The translations under genes and the position numbers were made by a program. The notes below the pieces were generated by a model. The model saw only the letters and a program-made list of their open reading frames with translations, made no database searches and had not been told where the DNA came from. This document shows, in pieces, positions 1-12,994 of a stretch of 64,000 bases of DNA. Origin of the DNA: Octopus vulgaris (taxonomy: Eukaryota); assembly GCA_951406725.2 (NCBI GenBank), contig OX597835.1, positions 32,054,001-32,118,000 of the forward strand, written 5' to 3'. Numbering within the stretch: the stretch's first letter is position 1; every line of letters starts with the position of its first letter.

Positions 1-99
1 GCTCTCCAAATTCCTGGCCTTTGGGCCAAAATTTGAATTCTATGTTATAATTATTATTTTTAATTTGTTATGAATTTATTTAATTTATTAATTTGGCCA

Positions 100-320
100 A
101 TGGCTGCGAGATGGTAGAATCGTTAGCGCATCGAACAATATGATTACCGGCATATGCTCCAGCTGTTTACGTTCTGATTTCAAATACGGCCAAGTTCAAA
201 TTTACTTATTATTTTGAAGGGTTCGATACAATAAGTATTAGTTGAGCACTGGGGTCGATGTAATCGACTACTCCCTCCCAGATAATCTTTACTCTTTGTG
301 CCTCTCGTAGAAAGAATTAT
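100..320 (+). mobile_element. SINE family A, degenerate
   Basis: tRNA-like head plus a diverged TTTCATCC..GGTCGATAAA..AAGTACCAG..CACTGGGGTCGAT core. Confidence 0.6.
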
Positions 321-1244
321 CGTTGATTTAATTTGTACGTTAAACATAAATTTTATTTTTAAAATATGGTCTTAAATTAAAGGTTATCATTAATGTGTCC
401 ACGAAGACTAGGTTTTCCGATTGCCATGTGTTGTATGCCATGAGTATCAATAAAATTATTAATTATTACCCTCAAATAATTTCTTTAGCTGCAGTAAAGT
501 GTAGTAGTGAAAAAAGTTTTTCGTTGTTATTCTCATTATTTTTTGTTTTTTTCAGATAATATTTTAGTATCTTTATAACGTTTACAGATGATTTTAAATG
601 TGTATATTCTGTAAACTTTCATCTTCATTCTTTGATTTAAATTTCAAAGTTCCAAATCCGCCTCATCTTAATTTAATCTCGAAAGGATGGTCTCCCCTAT
701 AATAGTTGACAACAAACAATATAACGTGTTTGTTGATTTTTAGTTCTAGAACATAATTCTGATTTATATTTGTTTCAGAAGTGATAGCACTTGCTTTGTG
801 GTGTGTAATGTTTGTTTTTTAAATGGCTAATATGAATCTCCCACGATGCAATTAAAACTCTGATTGTTCTTTGAAGTTGATGTTAATGGTTGAAAAGCTA
901 TCATCCTCCTTACATGCTAACATTTGCACTTTATTATCCAATAACACAGTTTTTGCAAGATGTTTCTTCTCTACCGTTAGGATAGAAAGAAAGAAGCAAT
1001 GTCCCTTCATATTCTGTCTAATGCTTTTAGATAGATAATGATTGATGTAACATAAATACTCGTCGGTTGACTTTCAATGCGATCGGATTAAGTGATGACA
1101 TCATAACAGTAAATATAATTAGTTTTCCAAACTGTAGTCACAATTTCAGTACATGTACAGGTAAGAATTTAAACTGCGTCCGTTAATAAGATTATAGTTC
1201 AAAAGTTCCAAGGTTTTGATGACTGTGAAACTGTGAAAAATAAG

Positions 1245-1517
1245 TGTAACTGTCACTTAGTTTTCGACCCTGAAAGAATGAAAAGTAAGGTCGACCTCGG
1301 CGGAATTTGAACTCAGAACGTAAAGACAGACGAAATACCGGTGTACTAGCGTTTCTTATTTCTCTATTGCCCACAAGGGGCAAAACATAGAGGGGGCAAA
1401 CACGGACAGACAAAGGGATTAAGTCGACTACATCGGCCCCAGTGCGTGACTGGTACTTAATTTATCGACCCCGAAAGGATGAAAGGCAAAGTCAACCTCG
1501 GTGGAATTTGAACTCAC
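1245..1517 (-). mobile_element. SINE family A, two partial units
   Basis: GAAAGGATGAAAGGCAAAGTC(G/A)ACCTCGG core on the minus strand. Confidence 0.8.
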
Positions 1518-2057
1518 TATTGTTCCCAAGTCAACTATGACCCAAACTAGTTGCACCTGCTAGGATCCCAGCTATAGGTTAATAAGCATATTAGTGCTTG
1601 CCTCCCTCTGGTTAAAAATACTGGATCCTGCGGCCTCTGCAAGAGAAATCTTGATAGTTCAACGGAGCGTAGGGTAACTTCAACAACACATTGTGGGTTG
1701 CAGTGAACACAATAAGGTAAGACATCTTGGAAATCCACTGCATCCGTCAATAACTTCAATCGTCTTGATTTGATCTTGCTATTGAATTGAAGATGGTTAC
1801 TCACGAGAGACTGATACTAACAGTGAGCATCTCTTCACTTTAAAGAATGTTACAATGCCGTCTTTAGTCATCCTTCAGGATGACTAGACGGTCATCACGA
1901 TTCCGACAGACGAACATTGATAAGTACAAAACATAAGCAAAGTTGTCTCCCTTTTTTGTTAAGATAATGTAATATTAGTCACAGTTTATGCTGACTTTTC
2001 TTCACTGCACAAGTATTTATCCATAGATTCTTTTTATGATGAGTACATTGTATAAGT

Positions 2058-2407
2058 GGAGGCGCAATATACTTGCGGTCGTGGGATCGCGGTTTCGATT
2101 CCTAGACCGGGCGTTGTGAGTGTGTATTGAGCAAAACCATCCAAAGTTCCACGAGGCTCCAGCAGGGGTGGGGGTGGCGAAACCTACTGTACTCTTTCAC
2201 CACAATTTTCTCTCAGTCTTTGTTTCTGTTGTACCTGCACTTCAAAAAGCCAGCCTTGTCACACTCTGTGTCACGCTGAATCTCCCCGAGAACTACGCTA
2301 AGGATTGTTTGTGGAGTGCTCAGCCACTTGCACGTTAATTTCACGAGCAGGCAGTTCCAGTGATCGGATCAACTAGAACCCTCGTCGTCGCAACCGACGG
2401 AGTGCCA
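2058..2407 (+). mobile_element. SINE family C (tRNA-derived), tail type 1
   Basis: GGAGGCGCAAT..GGTTTCGATTCC head; tail ending CCCTCGTCGTCG(C/T)AACCGACGGAGTGC. Confidence 0.82.
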
Positions 2408-2428
2408 CGACATTATATATGTGTATAC

Positions 2429-2459
<31 letters not shown>

Positions 2460-2589
2460 TGTATGTATGTATGTATGTATGTATTGGTTTCAAATTTTGG
2501 CAAAAGGCCAGCAAGTTCGTGTGGATGGATAAGTCGATTACATCGACTGGGAGTTATATTATCGACTCCGCCTTAATAATCATCTCTAC

Positions 2590-2785
2590 TATAGGCACAA
2601 GGCCTGAAATTGGAGGGGGATAGTCAATATAAATTGACCCCAGTGTGTAACTGGTACTTATTTCATCGATCCCGAAACGATAAAAGACAGAGTCGATCTC
2701 TAGAATTTGAACCCAGAATGTAAAAATGGATGACATGTCAAGCATTTTACCCGACTTGCTAACAATTCTGCCAGCTCGCCGCCTT
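2590..2785 (-). mobile_element. SINE family A
   Basis: Ends with TTCTGCCAGCTCGCCGCC (tRNA-like head) and carries the family core. Confidence 0.7.
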
Positions 2786-2908
2786 CACTGCATTAATTAT
2801 ATTAACACTGAGTTGATGATTGCTTATTTGTTTTTCCTAAGTAGCTTCTCTGTGTATTTAGTTTCAATGGTTTATTGTGCCTAATTTTCGGAAATTATTC
2901 AATATTCC

Positions 2909-3318
2909 GGAACTTTTCGGTTTGAACGGCAGTTTTTAACATAATTTCTAGGTAACTAAAAAAATTTAAACTTCGTATTCTGGTAGAATGTGTTTATAAA
3001 ACATCCTTTTCGCTTGGATTTATTAAGAAAATTCTATAGTTTGTAAGATATTTGCTGGTTTTTTTCTTCAATTTCTGCAATTTCAACCAATCGATGACGT
3101 CCATTGAGTTAAAAAACATTCTGTGCCGTATGAATATGTCCCTCGTTTAAGAAACAAATTGGGTTTATTTACATTTATGAAGAAAAAAAGATACCCTTCC
3201 CCCACCCCTAACCCTAAAACAGATTGAAATGCAATAGATCGATACTAAGGTTATAATTATGGGTGACAATTTCATATGGCACCGCTAGAAAAAACTGCCG
3301 TTCAAACCGAAAAGATCC
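2909..3318 (+). mobile_element. MITE with about 29-bp GG-ended TIRs and 8-bp TSD (copy 1)
   Basis: TIR GGA(A/T)CTTTTCGGTTTGAACGGCAGTTTTT; TSD AATATTCC at 2901-2908 and 3319-3326; internal CCCTAA repeats. Confidence 0.93.
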
Positions 3319-5276
3319 AATATTCCAAAAGGAGTCCAATGAATTATGTATCAATTAAAAAGTTATGAGGTTTCTACTTCAGCTCTAGGAAGGACCAAAA
3401 CCATCTTCCTATTCTCATTTGAATCAAATTTTGCTTTCTTACGGTGAGGGTTGTGAGCTGACAGACCTTTAGACACAATATTTCTATGACGTCAGGCGTA
3501 GAAGAAATATTTTAACAATACCGATCAATATTCGCAGAGATCAAATTTGAAAATGTTCGACTAGGCAACTTCTGTTTTATATTCTTATGTTTGCTCAATA
3601 ATCATTTAGAAATTATGAAATGGCACGCACAAGTAAGACATCTGTCGAAACACGCACAAAAACAAGTACGAAATTCTACTACAGGACATTTGTGCATTCT
3701 TGAAAGACATTCAAAGCACGTAATCAATATGTAACCACGTATAACCAGAGATGAAAACATTATTCGTTTGCAAAAATATTACCTTTTGCTGTAAATGCTT
3801 AGCAATTAATAAACAATTAATTATTCTTTATAATTTTAGCACAAGCCCATCATTTTAAAAGGAAGGTGGATAAGCATTTGAAGCCGCGCTAGTATTTAAC
3901 TGGTTTAACGATCCCGGAGGACTGGAAGACAAAGTTGACCTCTGGTTAAATTTGAACTCAGAATGTAGACAACTCGAAGGAATTCTACATCTTTTTGTCC
4001 AACGCTCTATCGACTCTGCCAGCTCGCCGCCTTGCCGTGAATACGCTCTTAATAATGGTTAGAGAGCGATAAAATCGATTTCATCGAAGGTTATAAAGAC
4101 AGTGCTCCCGTAAGATGAACTGGGGGTTTTCCAAATTTATTTCGATTTCTTAGGATTTCCTTATCTTTATAAATTGCTTCAAAATTGATTTGTGAAATAA
4201 GTTCTGTAGGATAATATATAACCAATTTATTTTGAGTGGATATTAGTAGACATTTTGTAATGGTATATTGAGCCAAACCATAAACCTACCGGTCTTCCAA
4301 ATAACCAATTTAGGTAAATAGCTTTATTTTTCGTAAACGATATGTTGTTTTTCTGTGTCCGTTTAGAGGTCAACTATCATTTTATACGGCCAGGGCTTAA
4401 TAATCTATATAAGCTTAATCTAACCAACTTGAATACACGTATATATCCTGATTTATTTTATCAACAAGGGCTGAATGAATTTAAAGATTAATCTTGGCGG
4501 GATTTGAGCTTAAAATGTTTGGGTTTGAGAAAAATAAAAGCTGCAAAGTATTTAGTCAAATTCTTCACAAAGACCCAATATTGTCAACGATTATACAAAA
4601 ATACGTTATTGCTATTATGTAGCCACAGGTGGGCCTTAATCAGAGACCTATGATGAGATGTGACTCGCGGTGGGCCTAACTCTCTTTTATCACATACATT
4701 ATTTACTGTGTTCCCCCTTCCATTTTTGAGACTGCAGAATGTGGTTTTGTCGGTTATTATGGTTGTTATTTCTAGCTAGATGTTCGACCGCATTGTGGCT
4801 TCTTTTTCCCCGAGATTAGAAACGAAAAGAGGCAGTATATAGTTTCCACATCGACCGTTGATATTTCACTGTTATCTCTTTTATGGACTACAGATATACC
4901 AGACCAATAGGTCTAATCGTAGGGGTTTTAATCCGGAATGTAAGGGATCCTATTAAAGACATCTAGTCATATAGTCCGGTATGCTACTGGCACTACAAAA
5001 GTCCGGCTGATTTCACCATTTTTTCACAACGAAATAATAACACAGAAAAAAAATTAAACAAAATAAATGATTAAAAAATTAATAAGTTCGGAATTAAGTT
5101 GAAATTTGCAAGAATACAATTCAAATATTTTTATTGAATTAATTATCTCATAATTATAATTATAATATTTCATTTTAAATTTCATTATTTTTATTGATAT
5201 TTTTTATGTTCATTTTTCGTTTCTATTACAATAGGTAAATTAACATATCGGTCACAAGTATTTATTTAGCATTGTA

Positions 5277-5297
5277 TTTTATTTATTATTATTTATT
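5277..5297 (-). promoter_or_regulatory. Candidate polyadenylation signals (clustered AATAAA)
   Basis: Several TTTATT on + (for example 5282-5287 and 5292-5297), about 80-100 nt past the stop codon, in an AT-rich 3'UTR. Confidence 0.5.
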
Positions 5298-5374
5298 TAT
5301 AATTTTCCAAATACAGTCTAGAATCTCTCACATTGCCATCAGATATATGCTCTCTGGGACGTGGGGAAGGGTCT

Positions 5375-5478
5375 TTAATTTTTGTCCCTATACATTTTGT
5401 TTAGAATCAAGAGTAAGTCTTTCAAGGTTTTACTACGTCCTCCACTGGTGTTACAGCGAGCGTTCGACGAGCAGGCAG
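5375..5478 (-). CDS. Oxytocin/vasopressin-family precursor, terminal coding exon ('exon 3'): neurophysin C-terminus plus extension
   Basis: Strong acceptor ttgtttctctttcttttcctAG|CT at 5480-5479. In phase 1 with exon 2 it reads (S)ACSSNARCNTSGGRSKTLKDLLLILNKMYRDKN-TAA. It supplies Cys 13 and 14 of the 14-Cys neurophysin, and AATAAA signals follow. Too short for the ORF track. Confidence 0.9.
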
Positions 5479-5632
5479 CTAGGAAAAGAAAGAGAAACAA
5501 TGAACAAAAAATATAGAGATATGAAGTAAAGTAAAATTTTTAAAAAAAAGTATTTAATGAAACATTATTTTAAAAGTATCAGTTCCTAAGTGTATATCAA
5601 ATTTTGTAAGTATGTGAGTGTATATGTGTCAC

Positions 5633-5673
<41 letters not shown>

Positions 5674-5913
5674 ATATATATATATGTATATATGTATATA
5701 TATGTAAAGTATATTCTTCCCTTGATTAATGAGAACAACGAAAAACTTATTCAATCCGACGAAAGAGAAATATCATTTACTATGCTCGGGGTTTAAATAT
5801 TGCCCAATCATACATGGCACGCAATACGAGCACGCCCGATACTATTGTTATCATGAAATTTACAAGAGCTCAGTTGTGTGAATTAAATTATATATATATA
5901 CATGTGTGTCTAT

Positions 5914-6016
<103 letters not shown>

Positions 6017-6431
6017 TAGATATAGATATATTCATATATGTATATATGTATATGTACGTATGTATGTATGTATATATTTTGGATTAGATGGCCCAGAATA
6101 AGTCCGCTGCTGACGAGGGCCTCAGTATGTTCTTCCTACCAATCACGGTCTGATGCGCAGGCTGTGAATTTAAGCTTGAGTTCATACTAGTTTTGGTGAG
6201 CCTACTCTGCCACACAGGCTCGAGACGTCTTGGTAGAAGGATGCAGTTTTTATACGCATACACGGGAGTAGTTGAGTCGATTACATCTTTGTTGGTACCT
6301 ATTTCATCAACGCTGAAAGGGTGAAAGGCAAAGTCGGCCTCAGCGGAATAAGAGCTAAGAATGCGTAGGAACGGACGAAATACAGCAATGTATTTCGCCC
6401 GGTGTGGTAGCGATTCTACCAGCTCCCGAAA

Positions 6432-6670
6432 AGCCTGCTTTGAGGCCCAACATTCCGAGTTCTTTGACAAGGCTTAAAAAAACTGAAGGACTGCTGCAAT
6501 AAGAGTGTGCATCTGAGAGGGGAATATCTTTATATATAAAAGAGAAGTTGTGTGTCTGTCTCCTACGATTTAGAGCAACGCCGGGCGATACTGCTAGTAT
6601 TAAATAAAATCATAATTAACTGATCCTTTTGTATTTTCTTTTACCCAAAGCCAGGAACTTTGAGCACCCT
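6432..6670. mobile_element. Small DNA-transposon-derived (mariner-like) remnant, interrupted by the mini-Helitron
   Basis: Aligns by eye with 27380-27580 (GAGGCCCAA..TTCCGAG..AACTGAAGGAC..TGCAATAAG..AAAATCATAATTAACTGAT). Confidence 0.55.
6527..6597 (+). mobile_element. 71-bp mini-Helitron-like element
   Basis: 5' TC(TTTATATATAAA) and 3' CTAG preceded by GC-rich GCAACGCCGGGCGATACTGC. Inserted between A and T with no TSD, inside a repeat whose uninterrupted version is at about 27515-27540. Confidence 0.8.
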
Positions 6671-6802
6671 CTCTTATATATTTATGTATGTATGTATGTA
6701 TAGTAGTACTAATTTATTACAACAAACACATACTCTTATACACATCTACACACGTAAAGGAATGATGAACTGTGTAAATAAATAAAACACGAAAATATAA
6801 TA

Positions 6803-7034
6803 TATTTCTTTACTACCCACAAGGGGCTAAACACAGAAGGGACAAACAAGGACAGACAAAGGGATTAAGTCGATTATATCGACCCCAGTGCGTAACTGGT
6901 ACTTAATTTATCGACCCCGAAAGGATGAAAGGTAAAGTCGACCTCGGCGGAATTTGAACTCACAACGTAGCGGCAGACGAAATACGGCTACGCATTTCGC
7001 CCGGCGTGCTAACGCTTCAGCCAGCTCACCGCCT
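6803..7034 (-). mobile_element. SINE family A, young near-complete copy
   Basis: GGCGGTGAGCTGGC head, B-box-like GAGTTCAAATTCC, family core and ...GTGGGTAGTAAAGAAAT tail. Confidence 0.88.
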
Positions 7035-7392
7035 TGCGAAAATATAATAATGAAAGAAATCTATGAACGAAGTAAATCAAAGAGAAAAAAGGAAAGAGAG
7101 ACAAAGAGTGAGAAAGAGAGAGAAAGAAGCAGAAAGAAAAATAAGAGAAATTAATCAAAAATGCTTCCGTAAAAATCCGAAGAGAAGTAATGTATATCTC
7201 TTGACTCCATGATTAAGAGTATGTGAGTGGATGCGTGTGCCCACGTGTGCGAGTGGTGGTGGTGGTGGGGGCGTGTGTATGCAGTTATATCTATCGTTTT
7301 TATTTCTATCTATCCATCTATCTACCTGTCTACTTATCTATCTGTGTGTGTGTGTGTGTGTGAGCTTATTTATCTATGTACGTATATGTGTC

Positions 7393-7719
7393 TGTGTGTC
7401 TGTGTGTCTATGGTGGTTGCATTTGTATGTCTATTTGTATTTCTATGGCAGAAAATTTAATCAGTGGCGTATGCTTTTCTCTTAAACTACAGAAATAATA
7501 TACACGCTTGCTGATAGATAATCTCTGATAATCTCATGCATGTGTACAGCAATGTGAAGAATCAGGAATTGGTAATATGCAAAAGTCTGGGAAACATAAT
7601 TGAATGCTGGAATCGGAATTATAAAAGACGAAGGATATTTATTACGACACAAAACTTACGAATCAATCTGAATCCGAAAACTTCGAAGTTGCAAAAGTAA
7701 CAATATTTTATCAAAATAT
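7393..7719 (+). repeat. Left arm of a 327-bp inverted duplication
   Basis: Reverse complement of 12668-12994; 5 mismatches counted by eye. Confidence 0.95.
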
Positions 7720-8133
7720 CTATTCGATGTCTCCATATATTTCGATATATGGTAGAATTCTAGACATATTTTTTGCGAAGAATTCCTTATAATTTACATT
7801 TATCTTAATTGTCCTTTTGCAATTTGCAGTTTTATTGTTTGCAATTTGGCTGCATATCATAAAGGATAAAGGTAGCTTGCGTGGGCGATAGATTCATGGC
7901 CGGTCAAACTATATTTCTTAGGACGGTGGTAATCGTAAAGAACAATCTTAATGGATGTATATACCTATACATATGCAGTCACACAAAGACACATACACAA
8001 ACATATATATTATTATCTGCGAACACATGTATTTATATGATGATACTAATATGTTAGTCATTACCTGGGACAATTCTGGTTAAAACATATCTAAGTAAAT
8101 ATGGGCATCATCAAATTCCACCATTCACTAAAT

Positions 8134-8503
8134 CTCTTTTACTCTTTTACTTGTTTCAGTCATTTGACTGAGGCCATGCCGGAACACCGCCTTTAGTCGA
8201 GCAAATCGACCCCAGAACTTATTCGTTGTAAGCCTGGTGCTTATTTTATCTATCTCTTTTGCCGAACCGCTAAGTTACGGGGACGTAAACCCACCAGCAT
8301 CGGTTGGGGGGACAAACACAGACATACAAACATATATATACACACACACACACACATATATATAAATATATACGACGGGCTTCTTTCAGTTTCTGTCTAA
8401 CAAATACACTCACAAGGCTTTGGTCGGCCCGAGGCTATAGAAGAAGGCACTTGCCCGAACCCGGAACCATGTGGTCGGTAAGCAAGCTACTTACCACACA
8501 GCC
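8134..8503 (-). mobile_element. SINE family B (tRNA-derived, internal TA/TG microsatellite)
   Basis: Reverse complement of the 23514-23900 consensus, with an internal deletion. Confidence 0.85.
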
Positions 8504-8557
8504 ATTTCAAAAGGTTTTCAAGTAATGAATGTATAAATATGCATGTATGTATGCATG

Positions 8558-8594
<37 letters not shown>

Positions 8595-8955
8595 TAATAG
8601 ACACAATATATGTTTTTGTGGCTACTATTAGTTTCATGCGTGGAGAATAAGCTTGTAAATGCCATGCCGGCATTGCCTGAAGATTGCAATAAGGATCCAG
8701 GCGTGTTAAAAATTACTGTCCTAGATGCTTTCATCGCATGAAACTAATAGTGACCCATAAAATCATCTGTTTATTAAATAATATTTATCTCTCACTGCAT
8801 GGAACACATTTTTTTCTTCACGGGACAGAACACTATATGTGTGTGTATGTATATGCATGTATATATGTATGTATGTAAGTATTATGTAGATAGATGGATG
8901 AATATACGTATATATACATATATATTCATACATATATATATGTACGTATATATAC

Positions 8956-9012
<57 letters not shown>

Positions 9013-9135
9013 CCTGCCCGTTTAGCCAGCGGGGTGGCGTCATTTGAAGGCTAAAACAACGCGAAGCGTATTGTGATCAGCGATGTGTAGGAACATCTGA
9101 TAGCCTGGTCGGTCAGGATGATCACGGTGACATAC

Positions 9136-9231
<96 letters not shown>

Positions 9232-9906
9232 TAATATGTATGTCCTTCTGGACTATTCGTGGGTCAAAGGGGCATGCAATATCAATTATATAGCATTATG
9301 TGGATCACAGTTATCAACATCATCACCACCATCGTCACCATCATCCTCATCATCATCAACATCATAACCATCATCACCATCCTCCTCCTCTTCTTCATCA
9401 TCATCATCATAATTTGCAACTTCTGAGAATTGTCCCATTTTGGCATTAATATGACATGTAGTTCTCTAAGCATTTATGAATACTTGTCTCCATACTTCTC
9501 ATCGCCACACTCCCCTCCAACTACGAGAGTGAATAAGCATATGGCTGCCTTCCACTACATACCTGTGTGTCTAATATGCTATTCTCCAAGTACGATGTGT
9601 TTAAGAGTGTATGTCTTTCAATGGATATTTTATTTTCGTAATATTTCGTAGCTTTATTTTGGTTACGTTTTTTTCAATTCAATTCAAACATTGTTTCCTA
9701 ATCTTTATTGAGGCTTCTAAGTAAATTGCAATTTTTCTTTCTTTCTGAATTTAATCAGTAAATTACAATCACACGCATACACATACACAGGTAAATGCAC
9801 ACACATATACGTACATATGTGTTACTGAATATGTATATATTTTATAGCTTTTCATTTATATAATATAATATATATATATATATATACATAATATCTATAT
9901 ATGGCC

Positions 9907-9962
<56 letters not shown>

Positions 9963-10500
9963 TTTACATATATTTATATACATATATACATACATACATA
10001 CATACATAAATACGTTGGTACATATACACACACACGCACATGCACAGGCACACACATACATATATATTGTATTTCTTTAGAATTATATATTTGATCGTAC
10101 GTATTAGCGATCTTAGCATGTTAAAAAATAAAAATTTATTCCTGGGAGGTGGGGGGTGCTGGACTGAAAGTAATTTAAATCAATAAGTAGCAGAATCAGG
10201 ATAAACAAAAAATAAAATGTAATTGTAATTAAGAGAAACCTTCTTTATTTTCTGCTGGCAAAAATAAATGTTTAAGCTGTTGATTAAGAAATAACAAAAA
10301 ATAACGACATTAACAGAACTGATAGCGATATTAACATCAAGAATGTAGCAACTGCAAGGGTAGTACCAACAACGTTTCGAACAGTAACGTTAGCAACACC
10401 AGTTACACGAGGGACAAAAGCATCTTAAGAGCATCATAATGGGTTTTCAACAGCAACAATATTATATGTGTACATATGCATGTATGTACATTATACATGT

Positions 10501-10550
<50 letters not shown>

Positions 10551-10559
10551 ATGTGTATG

Positions 10560-10610
<51 letters not shown>

Positions 10611-10620
10611 GTTTATACAT

Positions 10621-10741
<121 letters not shown>

Positions 10742-10777
10742 CAAGAAGAGAGGAAGGGTTTAGGTCACTAAGCGTAT

Positions 10778-11030
10778 ATATATATATAATATAAAATCCG
10801 TTCTGTCTGTCTGTCTGTCTGTGTATGTGTCTTCTAGGTTCTCGGGCATCCTCCATCCGATTGCGCTCAAATTTGATATGTAGATGCCGACGGTATCTGG
10901 GCGTGAATAAGTCTTGAAAAACTACCAAAAATCGATTCCAGGAGAGGATGCAATCAATAAAACCGTTTTTGTCCTGCTTTTTTTCCGTCAACCTGTTCAT
11001 AACTGCACCTTTTTTTTGCAGTTTTTATAC
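10778..11030 (+). mobile_element. 5' portion of a Helitron-like element
   Basis: ATATAATATAAAA..(CTGT)n..CCGATTGCGCTCAAATTTG layout, typical of invertebrate non-autonomous Helitron 5' ends. The 3' end was not located. Confidence 0.5.
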
Positions 11031-11879
11031 TGCTTAAAGGCACGTTTCTTTCCTGCCAAGCTTACTGTTTAAGGTATGCTTGTGTTCTCCCAGTCAACAG
11101 CCTTATCATTACTGGTACTTTAAACTCTTCGGTTGCATATTTATGTGAATAAAATCGTTTTTCTTTGGAATAGAAAAAAGTCTATCTTTATTTCTTCTTT
11201 TGCTGGTGTCTCAAATTTAGGTTAAATCAGTGTTTCTCTTTTAATGCACTGGCGCGGAGAAAATATTAAAAACTACAGATGAACTTGCTTTAATCCTTTG
11301 CCTGTCTAAAGTACGTTCATAAGCTAGTCCTAAACGCCTATTATTGTTTTCAGACTTAGTTCGCCCTCATTTCATATGTTCTGAGAAATACAAAACTTTC
11401 TTTTCAGAAGATCCAAGTTACTCTGGCGGTTGACAAGCAAATCGGATATGTGCATCATATATGATAAACGGACACTAGGGAGTATGTGACAAATAATTCA
11501 GAGGACATGCAAAGAGTATGTTTTATCAATTGCTGCTATAATACCTGCTGAGCCGAATGTCATGTCAGCGAGATTATGCTGTGGAGTTCAACAGAGAAAC
11601 AACAGGAAAATCTCACCGGCAGCCACAAGTGAATGAACAGAATGCACAAGGGTGCAATTTGAAAAATTGTAGGAGTTAAACCGATCAAAATTTGTTTGGA
11701 AAATCTAACAAGACAAGCAATCTCTACTTGATAAATCAAACTTCTTACCATTGTCTCTTTTTTAAGTCGATCTTTAAGACATAAAAATTCTGTGTGTGTA
11801 TATACATGTGTACACACACACACATACATACATACATACATACACACTTAAACACACATATATTACTAACTGGTACTCA

Positions 11880-12165
11880 GTCGGTTGCGACAACAAGGTG
11901 GAGCCGATCAATGGAACAACCTGCTCGTGAAATTAATGTGCAAGTGGCTGAGTACTCCACAGACACGACTACCCTCAACATAGTTCTCAGGGAGATTGAG
12001 CGTGACACAGACTGTGCCAAAGCTGGCCCTTTTGAAATACAAGTACAACTGATTTTTGCCAGCTGAAGGAACTGAAACAATGTAAAATAAAGCGTCACTG
12101 GTAATCGATCTAACGAACTAACGATCGAGTACCCAGTACCTATAACCACTAAGCCACGTGCCTTC
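11880..12165 (-). mobile_element. C-related SINE, tail type 1
   Basis: CTGCTCGTGAAATTAA..CAAGTGGCTGAG..CTCCACAGACACG domain. Related pieces at about 27920-28088, 36403-36710 and 54573-55010. Confidence 0.72.
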
Positions 12166-12236
12166 ACATACATACATATATGTATGTATGTATATATGTG
12201 TCTGTGTATATGTATACATATATGTATACATCTGTG

Positions 12237-12666
12237 GGATCTTTTCGGTTTGAACGGCAGTTTTTCTAACGGTGTCATATGAAATTGTCACCCATAATTA
12301 AGACACTAGTATCGATCTATTGCATTTCAATCTAATTTAGGGTTAGGGTTGGAGTTAGGGTTAGGTTTGAGGGTGGAGGAAGGGTATCTTTTTTTCCTCA
12401 GAAATGTAAATAAACCCAATCTGTTACTTAAACGAGGGACATATTCATACGGCACAGAATGTTTTCACCTCAATAGACGTAATTGATTGGTTGAAATTGC
12501 AGAAATTGAAGAAACAAAACCACAAATATCCTACAAACTATAGAATTTTCTCAATAAAGCGAAGAAGAAAAAGATGTTTTATAAACACATTCTACCAGTA
12601 TACGAAGTTTAAAATTTTTTAGTTACCTAGAAATTATGTTAAAAACTGCCGTTCAAACCGAAAAGA
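12237..12666 (-). mobile_element. Same MITE family (copy 2, reverse orientation, right TIR clipped)
   Basis: Left TIR intact. Right TIR lacks the terminal TCC and there is no matching TSD. Internal TTAGGG-like repeats at about 12337-12372. Confidence 0.9.
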
Positions 12667-12667
12667 A

Positions 12668-12994
12668 ATATTTTGATAAAATATTGGCACTTTTGCAACT
12701 TCGAAGTTTGCGGATTGAGATTGATTCGTAAGTTTTGTGTCGTAATAAATATCCTTCGTCTTTTATAATTCCGATTCCAGCATTCAATTATGTTTCCCAG
12801 ACTTTTGCATATTACCAATTCCTGATTCTTCACATTGCTGTACACGTGCATGAGATTATCAGAGATTATCTATCAGCAAGCGTGTATATTATTTCTGTAG
12901 TTTAAGAGAAAAGCATACGCCACTGATTAAATTTTCTGCCATAGAAATACAAATAGACATACAAATGCAACCACCATAGACACACAGACACACA
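12668..12994 (-). repeat. Right arm of a 327-bp inverted duplication
   Basis: Reverse complement of 7393-7719. Confidence 0.95.

Noticed and set aside
3487-3494. Perfect CRE (TGACGTCA) 1.9 kb downstream of the gene
   Set aside because: A single 8-mer is expected by chance in 64 kb and there is no supporting context.
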